Of a stretch of DNA of 60,138 bases, positions 17,658-27,189 are shown piece after piece. The DNA is from an uncultured Opitutia bacterium (GTDB lineage Bacteria > Verrucomicrobiota > Verrucomicrobiia > Opitutales > UBA953), in assembly GCA_903925205.1 (NCBI GenBank), contig CAIYEN010000181.1, forward strand, positions 1-60,138. Direction: 5' to 3'. Numbering within the stretch: the first letter of the stretch is position 1; every line of letters starts with the position of its first letter. Position numbers and translations under genes: made by a program. The notes under the pieces were generated by a model that saw nothing but the letters and a program-made list of their open reading frames with translations, ran no database searches and had not been told where the DNA came from.

Positions 17658-18631
17658 CGGGGGGTGGCAGGCACGAGGCGGGGTTCAGGGACAGGACGCG
17701 CAGAGGTGCGGTTCTGGATGGAAAGTTTGAGCACATACGCCGGCGCGGTGCTGCCAGGGCGACGGAGCAGGCCGTCGAGGTCGAGGCGCGCGAGGATGGC
17801 GAGTTCGTTACGCCAATTTGCCGTCGAGAAGACAATTTCGGTCAGAACCGGCCGATCGGCGGGTTGCGACCCACGGCGGACGGCAACGCGCAAATTAGAA
17901 CCCGGCGAGTCTTCCTGCGCACCGAAGCAGTCGCGCAGCGAAAGGGCGCTCCACTCGCGGTACTGATTGGGATAAGCCGATTGGGCGGCGAGCAAGAACG
18001 GCCCCGCGACTTCGATGCCCTCGATGGTCACTTTATCGCCGCTGCCACTGGTCCGGTAGTCAATGATTTCCGGCAGGTTCCGAATAGCTTCCGACGGGTA
18101 ACCCGCGCCGGAGAACTGCACGCCTTCGGGGCTGACGAGTCGCACGACCATCGGGCCAGAGCCCGGCAGGCTCGCGATCTTTGCGACCGCCTTCCGCTCA
18201 CGTAAAACGATTTCTAAAGAACCATCCCCGCGCCGACGGACGTCCGCACTGGCGATCTGCGTATCGGCTTCCAGTTCTACCTTAATTACCGCGACGTCTT
18301 TCGCCGCCCCATCTTTACCTTGAGCGACGAGGCGCTGTAAGTCCGTGGCCGGGAAAAAACCGTCTGTCTTGTAGCGCAAGGAGCCATTCCCCACGACCAC
18401 CGTGGTCGTATCGTCAATCGACACCCACACGATGCCCCCTAGGGTCGTGAAGAAAATCACCGCCAAAACAAGCGGTAGACGCGAACGAGCGGCGCGCTTG
18501 CGACCGAGTTCATCACCCGGCACCCGGCGGACATCCTGCGGAATTAACTGGCGCCATTCGCGATCAGCGGGGCCCATGAACGCATCGCGGCGGGGGCTAA
18601 AGAACTGTCGAATGCGGGTAAAGAGGTTCAT
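17654..18631 (-). CDS. ftsQ: Cell division protein FtsQ-like (single TM plus POTRA-type periplasmic domain)
   Basis: N-terminal TM (LPLVLAVIFFTTLGGIVWV), position between ddl and ftsA, ATGA overlap with ftsA. Confidence 0.8.
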   Translation of the reverse strand: MNLFTRIRQFFSPRRDAFMGPADREWRQLIPQDVRRVPGDELGRKRAARSRLPLVLAVIFFTTLGGIVWVSIDDTTTVVVGNGSLRYKTDGFFPATDLQRLVAQGKDGAAKDVAVIKVELEADTQIASADVRRRGDGSLEIVLRERKAVAKIASLPGSGPMVVRLVSPEGVQFSGAGYPSEAIRNLPEIIDYRTSGSGDKVTIEGIEVAGPFLLAAQSAYPNQYREWSALSLRDCFGAQEDSPGSNLRVAVRRGSQPADRPVLTEIVFSTANWRNELAILARLDLDGLLRRPGSTAPAYVLKLSIQNRTSARPVPEPRLVPATPR

Positions 18632-18633
18632 GT

Positions 18634-19572
18634 TTAACGGGTGACGCGCGCGGCGGCGCGGGCAAAAACGGGAGCGGTCATCCGCTGGACGAGCGCGGGG
18701 AAATCAAGGCCCGCGCAGGAAGCGCTCTTGGGCATCAAGCTGGTTTCGGTCATGCCGGGCATCGTATTGATCTCCAAGAAATAGAATTGGCCGTCGGGTT
18801 CAAGAAAGAGGTCGGCCCGGGCAAAGTCGCGACAACCACAGGCTTGAAAGAGCGCTTCGGCCGCGGCCTGGATTCGTGCCGTGAGTTCGGCGGGGACCAC
18901 CGCTGGGTAGATGTAGTCCGAAGAGCCCTTGGTGTACTTACTCTGGTAATCGTAGACACCCTTGCGGGGGACAATTTCGACGAGGCCCATGGCTTGACCG
19001 CCCAAGATGCCGATGGACATCTCGCGACCCTGCAGGCGACGCTCCGCCATCCACTGACCCGTCGCTGGTATTAGGGCCAAGGCGGCGGTAATCGCTTCCT
19101 CCCCCTCGACCACGTAAAGGCCGACACTGCTACCCTTATCAGCGGGCTTAAGCACGACCTGCGGACCAAGCTGGGCAACGAGGGCCGCAGCGGTGGGCTT
19201 GACGCCGCCCGCGAAGGCGACCTCGGGGATGGCCGGGACACCGGCGCGGCGCATCGCCTGCTTGGTGGCGACTTTGTCGAGGCAGAGACGGCTGGCCGCC
19301 GCTTCGCAGCCCGCGTAGGCAACCCCCCGCGCGTCAAGTTCGGCTTGGACGGTGCCGTCCTCACCATAGTCGCCGTGGATGACTGGGATGACGAGATGGC
19401 GGGAAGCGTCCAACCACTCGGGCAGCTCATTACGGTCGAGCTCAACCAAACGGCAACCGGGCAAGGCACCGGCCACGGCGCGACCCGAGCGGAGCGAAAC
19501 GTCGCGTTCCGGAGAAACGGCTCCACAGAGCACGACAGGCTGTAAAGGTAAACTCATAGCAAATCTTTCCAT
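18634..19572 (-). CDS. ddl: D-alanine--D-alanine ligase
   Basis: ATP-grasp signature ...FLEINTMPGMTETSLMPKSA and SPERDVSLRSG. An alternative ATG at 19557 would give an ATGA overlap with the murC/B stop. Confidence 0.9.
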   Translation of the reverse strand: MERFAMSLPLQPVVLCGAVSPERDVSLRSGRAVAGALPGCRLVELDRNELPEWLDASRHLVIPVIHGDYGEDGTVQAELDARGVAYAGCEAAASRLCLDKVATKQAMRRAGVPAIPEVAFAGGVKPTAAALVAQLGPQVVLKPADKGSSVGLYVVEGEEAITAALALIPATGQWMAERRLQGREMSIGILGGQAMGLVEIVPRKGVYDYQSKYTKGSSDYIYPAVVPAELTARIQAAAEALFQACGCRDFARADLFLEPDGQFYFLEINTMPGMTETSLMPKSASCAGLDFPALVQRMTAPVFARAAARVTR

Positions 19573-21836
19573 TCACGCCCCAGGGCGATGATTTCGGGTT
19601 GAAGGAGGCGGCCCTGACGCTCTTGCACCGTCCGACGGACTTCGCGCATCAGGGCGAGGATATCGGCCGCTTGAGCGTCGCCGAGGTTGACGATGAAATT
19701 GGCGTGGAGGGGCGAGACGGTCGCCGCTCCAACGTGCGCACCCTTCAAACCGCTGGCTTCGATGAGTCGGCCCGCCTTATCGTCGTCAGGATTGCGGAAG
19801 ACGCACCCAGCGCTCGGGTCTCGTGGCTGGGAGGCCCGGCGTTTCTGTCCCATTTCATCCATCGTTTGGCGAATGACCTCAGAATTCGCCGTCCCGCGAG
19901 CGCGGAGGACCGCCGATAATACTACTGCACCGTGGAGCTGCGGACAGTCACGATAAAGGGCATCAAAGCAATCGCGCCGGGCGGCTCGCACGACCCCACG
20001 CGGCGAGAGCCATTCGACCGACTCAACGACGTCAAAAATCCAGCCGCCCATCGCTCCAGCGTTCATGCGCAAAGAACCACCGACGGTCCCCGGAATGCCT
20101 TCCAGAAATTCGAAACCAGTGAGGCCCGCCTTGGCGGCGAAGCCGCAGAGTTCCTTGAGTTTCGCACCACCGCCGACGCGGAGGCGGCCGGCGCCGAGGT
20201 CGGTCACCTGCCCCCAGGCCTCAGTCGGGAGATGCAGGATCAGGCCATCGTAACCATCGTCCGGAACCAACAGGTTCGAACCGCGGCCCAGCACAAAGTA
20301 AGGTAAACCCAGCCGACCGGCGGCCCGCAGCAGCACGACGACGTCATCCACGGTCGCAGGCTCCGCGTACCAGCGGGCAGCTCCGCCGACCCCGAGGGTC
20401 GTGCGACGCGCCAAAGGTTCGCCAGCCCGCACGATGCAAGCGGTCGAAACCTTGCCCGCCACGAGTTCGCCGAGATCCTGGGTCAAGGCAGGCAGACCTT
20501 CCTCGCGGAGCACCTTGGCAAACTGCTCGGCGTCTCGCTCGATATCCCCAGCCCCAACAAAAGCGACGACGGTATCGGCGCCGACCGATAGGCCCGACAA
20601 TAAGGCCGGTAAACTCGCCCGATCTTCCACTAAGCGAAGGGAGGATCCGGCGACGACCGCGTCGGAACGGCCACCTTCGACGGCGGCTTCACCCGCGGCA
20701 TAAACCGGTAGTACGATGGCGTGATCGGCAACCTGCAAGGCTTGGCGGAACTCCGTGGCGTATTGGCGCGTGCGGGTATGGCGATGCGGCTGGAAGACTA
20801 CAATCAGGCGGCCAGCATGCGTGTCGCGGATCCAATGCAGCAAGGCCGCGATTTCCGTTGGGTGATGCGCGTAGTCCGCCAAGACCCGCAGCCCACTGCG
20901 CTCAAACAAGACATCTTGCCGACGACGGATACCGCTCCACCGCGCCAACGGCGCCGCCACCAGCCCACCGGTGATCAGGTGGGTCACCGCCAAAGCCATC
21001 GTCGCATTCGCGCGATTAAAAGCGCCAGCCACCGGCAAAGTCATCTCCACGTTAGGGAAGCGACCGCCGAGGTGCAGCCGAGAGTTCGTATGGTCGCCCG
21101 ATAAGAATACGGCGGCGTAGTCGCCCGCGGGCCCCACGCGGAGTACTTGAGCCTGCAGGCCTTGCGTGAGGCGCTCGAGGCGTTCGTTGCCTGCTGGAAT
21201 GATTACGGCGGTCCGAGTGCGCTCAAACAAGGCACGGAAGACACCCTCAAGGGCCGCTTCGTCGCGGTAATAATCAGGGTGATCCCAATCCAGATTCACG
21301 GCAACGGTGACGTCGGGCGAAAAGGCGCCGATGGTGCCATCGCTTTCGTCGACCTCGGCGACCACCCAAGGCGAAGCGGCCGACGCGCGCGCCGGCGGGA
21401 AATCCGGGTCGCGAAAAAGCCCCCCCAGGACGTAACCGAAATCCGCACCCGCCGAAGCCAAGGCGGAGACTAGCATGCCACAAGTGGTGGTCTTACCATG
21501 GCTACCGCAAACGGCGACGAAACGACGGCCCGCCACGCTCTCGGCGAGCAACTCACCACGGCGGAGGACGCGCGCCGTATGCTGGGTGGCGAGGTCAAGG
21601 GCGGGATGGCCTAGCTTGACGGCACTAGAACGACCGACGACGACCGGCGTCCGGCCCGCGGCCCAAGGATTGCGGAGCAAAGGGATTTCGGCCGTCGCCA
21701 GATGGGCTTCCATGGGACTGCCGGTGGCATCATCCCAGCCCGAAACATCACACCCCTCCCCTTTCAAGTAGATGGCCAACGGCCCCACGCCCATGCCGCA
21801 AGCGCCAAGCATCCAAGCCGAAGCAGGGACGCTCAT
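19554..21836 (-). CDS. murC: Fused UDP-N-acetylmuramate--L-alanine ligase / UDP-N-acetylenolpyruvoylglucosamine reductase (MurC-MurB)
   Basis: N-terminal GMGVGPLA and GSHGKTTTCGM (MurC). After about residue 470: TTLGVGGAARWYAEP, GRGSNLLVPDDG and GCVFRNP (MurB). One 760-aa ORF. Confidence 0.9.
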   Translation of the reverse strand: MSVPASAWMLGACGMGVGPLAIYLKGEGCDVSGWDDATGSPMEAHLATAEIPLLRNPWAAGRTPVVVGRSSAVKLGHPALDLATQHTARVLRRGELLAESVAGRRFVAVCGSHGKTTTCGMLVSALASAGADFGYVLGGLFRDPDFPPARASAASPWVVAEVDESDGTIGAFSPDVTVAVNLDWDHPDYYRDEAALEGVFRALFERTRTAVIIPAGNERLERLTQGLQAQVLRVGPAGDYAAVFLSGDHTNSRLHLGGRFPNVEMTLPVAGAFNRANATMALAVTHLITGGLVAAPLARWSGIRRRQDVLFERSGLRVLADYAHHPTEIAALLHWIRDTHAGRLIVVFQPHRHTRTRQYATEFRQALQVADHAIVLPVYAAGEAAVEGGRSDAVVAGSSLRLVEDRASLPALLSGLSVGADTVVAFVGAGDIERDAEQFAKVLREEGLPALTQDLGELVAGKVSTACIVRAGEPLARRTTLGVGGAARWYAEPATVDDVVVLLRAAGRLGLPYFVLGRGSNLLVPDDGYDGLILHLPTEAWGQVTDLGAGRLRVGGGAKLKELCGFAAKAGLTGFEFLEGIPGTVGGSLRMNAGAMGGWIFDVVESVEWLSPRGVVRAARRDCFDALYRDCPQLHGAVVLSAVLRARGTANSEVIRQTMDEMGQKRRASQPRDPSAGCVFRNPDDDKAGRLIEASGLKGAHVGAATVSPLHANFIVNLGDAQAADILALMREVRRTVQERQGRLLQPEIIALGREWKDLL

Positions 21837-22921
21837 GCGGTCGGGGCGCGCGGGTCCCGCGCGAGTTGAACGGTTTCTTGGAAGAGTTCTTCCCAGCGGT
21901 TCGCCGCATCAGCGAGGGCCAAGGCGTCGCGCATTTCGGCTAAAGCCGCGTTACTAGAGAGACGGTCGTAAATGACCGCCGTGGCGTCTAACAGGTTTTC
22001 TTCCGGCACCAGCAGCGCAGCCCCAGCTTGGGCAAAATGTTGTGCATTGGCCGTCTGATGGTCGTCCGCCGCAAAAGGGAATGGCACCAAAATAGCGGGC
22101 GTCCGACACGCCGCCAGTTCGGCCAAGGTGCCGGCGCCGGCCCGCGTCATCGCCAAATCACAGGACGAATAGGCAAGGCCCATCTGGTTGCAAAATGGCA
22201 AGAAGCGGACGACCGAATTCCCGGTACGTACTTCCCCACCCCGCCCACCTGGACCTGTCAAACAAAGTACATGGTGACCTCGCAGCGTAATTTCCTCCAA
22301 CTGTGACTCGACCCATTTCGTGAGGGCGCGCGAACCCTGGCTCCCGCCCGCGACCAGCAACAACTTGCCCGTGGTCGGGAAGCCTAAAGCTTTCCGGGCG
22401 ACCTCCTTCGCGGAAGGCCGAATCTCTTTCCGCACCGGGAAGCCCGAATCATGCTGACGGGCAAGCGGGACACCTTCAAGGCGCACTCCTGCCGGCAAAT
22501 GCAAGGAGCGGGCGAAACGCGCAATCAGGCGAACGGCTTTGCCTGGGCGGCGATTAGATTCATGGACGATGACCGGAATCCTGCGCAGCCAGCAGGCGAT
22601 GGCAGGTCCTACGCTCATAAAGCCACCGAAGCAAACGAGCACGTCCGGGCGAAAGCCACGGAGTAAACGCAAAGATGAACCAATCGAGGCGAAGAGCGCT
22701 GGCAAAAAGAGGAGCCGGTTTATCCACCCGGGACCAAAGCCGCGACCGCGGCCAGCCACAAAAGTTAGGCGGGGGTAATCCGCTGTCATCCGCGCATCCA
22801 CCGACTTGCGGCTCACGACTAAAACGCAGGTGTGGCCTTCATCCGTGAGCCGCTGGGCCAAGGCAATGCCGGGGGCGAGATGGCCACCGGTACCGCCACA
22901 GGCAAGCAGCACACGGCTCAT
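21833..22921 (-). CDS. murG: UDP-N-acetylglucosamine--N-acetylmuramyl-(pentapeptide) pyrophosphoryl-undecaprenol GlcNAc transferase
   Basis: ACGGTGGHLAPGIAL and a GT28 C-terminal domain; dcw position. Confidence 0.92.
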   Translation of the reverse strand: MSRVLLACGGTGGHLAPGIALAQRLTDEGHTCVLVVSRKSVDARMTADYPRLTFVAGRGRGFGPGWINRLLFLPALFASIGSSLRLLRGFRPDVLVCFGGFMSVGPAIACWLRRIPVIVHESNRRPGKAVRLIARFARSLHLPAGVRLEGVPLARQHDSGFPVRKEIRPSAKEVARKALGFPTTGKLLLVAGGSQGSRALTKWVESQLEEITLRGHHVLCLTGPGGRGGEVRTGNSVVRFLPFCNQMGLAYSSCDLAMTRAGAGTLAELAACRTPAILVPFPFAADDHQTANAQHFAQAGAALLVPEENLLDATAVIYDRLSSNAALAEMRDALALADAANRWEELFQETVQLARDPRAPTA

Positions 22922-24132
22922 GCGCGCGCCTCCTTGGGTGTGAACGGAGACTGCGAAGCCTCACGGATGCAGTTAAGGACGAGCCCGACCATACAGGACA
23001 TGATGACTAAATTGGTACCACCGTAACTAAGGAAGGGCAGCGAGATGCCTTTGGTCGGCAACAAGCCGGTCACGACACCCATGTTCACGAGTGCCTGTAA
23101 CACCAGGAAGAGGGTCGCACCGAGGCAAACGTTGAGACGATAGAGGTCGTTCGAGAACTGCATCGCTCGGTAGGCTAACCAGAAAATCGTCAGATAAGCC
23201 AAGGCCACGAGCACGGTACCAATGAGGCCATGTTCTTCACCGATATTTGCCAAGACGAAGTCGGTATGCGCTTCGGGCAAGTAAGCGCGGACTTGGAGCC
23301 CATTGGCCGCACCCTTCCCTGTCACGCCCCCCACGCCGAAGGCAACCATGCCTTCGAATAACTGGTAGGCCTCGTTATCACGGTGACCCCACGGATCCAT
23401 GAACGAGGTGAAGCGGCGGAAGCGGTTACCCCAGTTCAGGATGAGAATCGTGAAACCGACGGCACACACCGCGAAAGTGGGCAGGATGTATTTCCAGCGG
23501 ACGCCTGAAATGAACATCATCGTCGCCCCGACCGTGGCGCAAAGCACGATGGTGCCGAGGTCGGGCCCCAGCGCGATGCCGAAGCAAATACAACCAATCA
23601 GGAGGGCGGGCTTCACGAAGCCTTCGCGGCAATCCAACCAGCCGTTCGGAGTAAAAAGATAGGGCTCCCGTGTACTTAAGCGGAAGACAGGTTGCCGCAG
23701 GTCGATGGTGTGTCGCTGGATGCGCGACAACATGTCGGCAAGGACAATGACGAGGGCGAGTTTCCCGAGGTCCGACGCTTGCAGGCGGAAGAAGCCAAAG
23801 TCGATCCAGCGCCAGGAACCGTTGACGGTGACGCCGATACCCGGAATACGCGCCGCGAACATCGCAAGCATGGCCGCCCCGAGAATCCACCAGCGGAACT
23901 CGCGGAGACGCTCGAGGTTAACGCGGAAGGCGAGCCAACCAGCCAGCAGTGCGAACGGCACGTACATCAACTGGCGGTCGAACGCCGCAGTACGATTCTT
24001 GGCGCTGAGCGAAATGCCGGCACTGTATTGATTGACGAGCCCAAAACCGACCAACACCGCCGCGATCACCGCGATCCAAAAGGCGTGGCTCCCGAGAAAA
24101 CGGGGGCTCTCCTGTTTGGGCGCGATGATCAT
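22918..24132 (-). CDS. ftsW: SEDS-family peptidoglycan glycosyltransferase FtsW
   Basis: Polytopic membrane protein with PEAHTDF and PTKGISLPFLSYGG motifs. Confidence 0.92.
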   Translation of the reverse strand: MIIAPKQESPRFLGSHAFWIAVIAAVLVGFGLVNQYSAGISLSAKNRTAAFDRQLMYVPFALLAGWLAFRVNLERLREFRWWILGAAMLAMFAARIPGIGVTVNGSWRWIDFGFFRLQASDLGKLALVIVLADMLSRIQRHTIDLRQPVFRLSTREPYLFTPNGWLDCREGFVKPALLIGCICFGIALGPDLGTIVLCATVGATMMFISGVRWKYILPTFAVCAVGFTILILNWGNRFRRFTSFMDPWGHRDNEAYQLFEGMVAFGVGGVTGKGAANGLQVRAYLPEAHTDFVLANIGEEHGLIGTVLVALAYLTIFWLAYRAMQFSNDLYRLNVCLGATLFLVLQALVNMGVVTGLLPTKGISLPFLSYGGTNLVIMSCMVGLVLNCIREASQSPFTPKEARA

Positions 24133-24158
24133 GGCGACGGGACGGGACTAACCGAAGT

Positions 24159-24752
24159 TTACTTCTTAGCCGGGGCGGGAGCAGGGGCACCCGCATCGGC
24201 AGCCGGGGCAGGCTCAGCCGTGAAGCGGATGATCTTCAGCGGCTCGATCGCCGGACCCGCGGGAGCAGCGGGAGTGGCGGGAGCACTGCCCGCAGCCTTG
24301 GGAGCGGTCGACGGAGCCTTCGAGGCAGCCTTCTTGGCAGCACCAGGAGCGGGAATCTTCAGCTTTTGGCCTTCGCGGATTATCGAGCTACGGGAGATAC
24401 CGTTAGCGGCCGCGAGGTCATCGATGCTGACCTTTTCACGGGAAGCGACGAGCGAGAGGCTTTCGCCCTTGAGCACGGTGTGCGTACCACCCACGCCGAC
24501 TGGCGTCACTGGGGTGACCTTGGTCGGCTTCGGGGTTGGCAACGTCGCCACGGGCAGGGGCGCGAGGCCGGGGGTGCCCGGAGGCGTTAACGCCGTCGCG
24601 GGCGTGCCCGCGCGAGCCCCCGCGGAGTACGCGGAGAGGTCGGGTTCTTTCTCGTAGCCGCTGGTGCTACGACAGCCGTTGACTCCGACGAGGACGGCGA
24701 TGACGCAGAGGTGCAGGAGCACGACGGCGCTGACGGTGATGATGGGTCGCAT
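24159..24752 (-). CDS. LysM-domain (lipo)protein embedded in the dcw cluster
   Basis: Signal/lipobox-like LVGVNGC, a Pro/Thr-rich linker, LysM (HTVLKGESLSLVASREKVSIDDLAAANGI...GQKLKIP) and an Ala/Pro-rich tail. Confidence 0.8.
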   Translation of the reverse strand: MRPIITVSAVVLLHLCVIAVLVGVNGCRSTSGYEKEPDLSAYSAGARAGTPATALTPPGTPGLAPLPVATLPTPKPTKVTPVTPVGVGGTHTVLKGESLSLVASREKVSIDDLAAANGISRSSIIREGQKLKIPAPGAAKKAASKAPSTAPKAAGSAPATPAAPAGPAIEPLKIIRFTAEPAPAADAGAPAPAPAKK

Positions 24753-24802
24753 GATGTGTGTTTGTTTTTGGGTTTGGGTTGGAAGATTGGGTCAACGAAA
24801 AA

Positions 24803-26077
24803 TTAGACGCGATTGGCCAAAGCGGTCGCGGCCCGCTCGAAGACGATGCCGCGTTCGGCATAGCCTTTGAATTGATCGAAGCTGGAGAAGCCAGGGCTCA
24901 AAAGAATGGCCACGGGGCCTTGGGCGTCCTTGGCGGCAGCAACCACGGCGTCCTGTAAGGACGGGAAATAGCGCGCGGGCTTACCGAGCGCGGTGAGCGC
25001 ACGCTGCAGTTCGACCCCGGTCTCGCCGATGAGGTACGCCGCATCGATGCGGGGGGCGAGAGTCGCGGCAAAACGCGCGAGATCGCCGCCCTTCCACTTG
25101 CCGCCCCCAACCCAGCGAACGGGGATGGTGAACTGCTCGAGGGCCGCGTAGACGGCGTGGAAATTAGTGCCCTTCGAGTCATTCCAAAATTCGATACCGC
25201 GGGCTTCGGCCACCTTGCGGAGTCGATGGGGAGCCGGCCGGAAGAGTTTAGCGGATTCTTCGAGGTGACGCAGTGGGATGCCGCGGGACTGCCAATAGCG
25301 GACCGCCAACGCCCAGTTTTCGCGTTGCGGCCAAGACTCAAAGACCGAACCGGCTGGAATCGAGTCAGCCACTTCAGCGCGGGTGGCGACCATCGTGCCT
25401 TCGGGCATCTCGATGCCGAACTGCTTGGCCGCCGCCTGCACCGACTCGCCGACAATCAGTGTACCGCCGACGACCATCCGCTCGACGAGTTTGAACTTAG
25501 CCCGGAAATAACTCTCCAAATCGCCATGGCGATCGAGATGGTCTTCGTCGAAATTCGTCCAGAGGACGGTCTCGGGCGTGAAGTGACGCAGGTCCTCGGC
25601 CTGGAAGGAGCTGACCTCGACGACGGCAAGGAAAGCGGCGTTGGAGGAAGTGTTGGCTAAGGAGGTTAAGGGCAGGCCGACGTTCCCACAGGCAATCGCA
25701 TTGAGGCCGGCCCGCTTGTGCGCGAACGAAAGGAAGTCCGTCAGCGTTGTCTTCCCGTTCGTCCCAGTGATGGCGATGGAAACTCCCGACCAGAGCAAGG
25801 CACCAAAATCCAGTTCGGCAAGACAGAGTAAACCGGCGCGACGGGCCGCCAACATCCACGGGTGCGGCTGCGCGAAGCCGGGACTGTAGACCATGAGGTC
25901 ATGACGAGCGGCTTCTTCCGGACCAAAGACCGCGTTGTCGCCTTTCTCATCGTAGATGACGGACGCAAAGCCCGCCAAGCCCAACGCTTCGGCCACGGCA
26001 CGGCCGCTCACCCCAGCGCCCAGGATAGCGGCGGGGCGGGTCAGACGACGACGGAGGCTGTCAGGAATTTCGGTCAT
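24803..26077 (-). CDS. murD: UDP-N-acetylmuramoylalanine--D-glutamate ligase
   Basis: GAGVSGRAVAE and ITGTNGKTT; dcw position. Confidence 0.92.
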   Translation of the reverse strand: MTEIPDSLRRRLTRPAAILGAGVSGRAVAEALGLAGFASVIYDEKGDNAVFGPEEAARHDLMVYSPGFAQPHPWMLAARRAGLLCLAELDFGALLWSGVSIAITGTNGKTTLTDFLSFAHKRAGLNAIACGNVGLPLTSLANTSSNAAFLAVVEVSSFQAEDLRHFTPETVLWTNFDEDHLDRHGDLESYFRAKFKLVERMVVGGTLIVGESVQAAAKQFGIEMPEGTMVATRAEVADSIPAGSVFESWPQRENWALAVRYWQSRGIPLRHLEESAKLFRPAPHRLRKVAEARGIEFWNDSKGTNFHAVYAALEQFTIPVRWVGGGKWKGGDLARFAATLAPRIDAAYLIGETGVELQRALTALGKPARYFPSLQDAVVAAAKDAQGPVAILLSPGFSSFDQFKGYAERGIVFERAATALANRV

Positions 26078-27186
26078 CGAAGCTTCAACGTCAGCAGGCC
26101 GAGGAGGCCGCAGAGAAAGGAAAGAATCCAGAAGCGCGCCACGACTTTAGTCGCGGGCCAACCCTTCTTCTGGAAATGGTGATGGATGGGCGTCATCAGG
26201 AACAACCGCTGACCGCCCGTGCGCTTAAAGTAGGCAACTTGCAGGATAACCGAGACAGCCTCGATGACGAACACTCCGCCCACAATCGCGAGGAGGAAGG
26301 GCTGATGCATGAGGCAAGCCATGCAACCGAGGGCACCGCCAATACCCAGCGCACCGACATCGCCCATATAGACCTCCGCGGGAGCTGCATTGTGCCAAAG
26401 GAAAACGAGGCTCCCACCAACCAAGGCCGAACAGAAAACGGCGAGTTCGCCCGCGCCGGGCACATAGCTGATGCGCAGGTACAGGGCAAAATCATGGTGA
26501 CCCGCTAAGTAGGCGACCGCCCCGAAGATGGTCGTCGTGATAATGACGCAGCCGATGGCGAGCCCATCTAAGCCGTCCGTGAGGTTCACCGCATTGGAGC
26601 AACCCATGCAGACGAGCGCGATAAAAACGACGGCCACGGCCAGACAAACGGCGAAGGGTAAGCCGAACGAATGGTCCGACCAAATCGGGCCATTGAGGAC
26701 GGGCAGCCAGATTTCGCAGAGGCTGCTCCGGTAAGCGGGGTCGAGGAGCACAATACCGAGCGCCAGCAACGCGACGACCGCCTGGCCAGCAAGCTTGGTG
26801 CGGGCCGAGATACCATCAGAACTACCGTGGCGAACCTTCAGCCAATCGTCGACGAAACCCACGAGCCCCATGCCGAGGAGGCAAAAGAGCGAAGCGAGGA
26901 CGAGGACATTGGGCTTAGCCCAAAGAAGCACCGATGGGATCATCGCCGCGCCAATGAGCAGGCCGCCCATCGTCGGGACCTTGCCGCCTTCCTTGGCGAG
27001 GTCACCCATGAGTGCCTTCGAGCGCTCCGGCTGACGAAGCTGGCTGAGCTTCCGGATGATCGGGCCCGATAACAGCATCCCCAAGGCTAACGCCGTGAAA
27101 CCGGCCAGAATCGCGCGGACAGAAATATACTCGAAGAGACGGAAAGGTCCCCAGAAGGATTCGAGTTGGTTGAGCAGGTAAAGCAT
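26074..27186 (-). CDS. mraY: Phospho-N-acetylmuramoyl-pentapeptide transferase
   Basis: NAVNLTDGLDGLA and the TPIHHHF motif; polytopic membrane protein. Confidence 0.95.
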   Translation of the reverse strand: MLYLLNQLESFWGPFRLFEYISVRAILAGFTALALGMLLSGPIIRKLSQLRQPERSKALMGDLAKEGGKVPTMGGLLIGAAMIPSVLLWAKPNVLVLASLFCLLGMGLVGFVDDWLKVRHGSSDGISARTKLAGQAVVALLALGIVLLDPAYRSSLCEIWLPVLNGPIWSDHSFGLPFAVCLAVAVVFIALVCMGCSNAVNLTDGLDGLAIGCVIITTTIFGAVAYLAGHHDFALYLRISYVPGAGELAVFCSALVGGSLVFLWHNAAPAEVYMGDVGALGIGGALGCMACLMHQPFLLAIVGGVFVIEAVSVILQVAYFKRTGGQRLFLMTPIHHHFQKKGWPATKVVARFWILSFLCGLLGLLTLKLR

Positions 27187-27189
27187 ATC

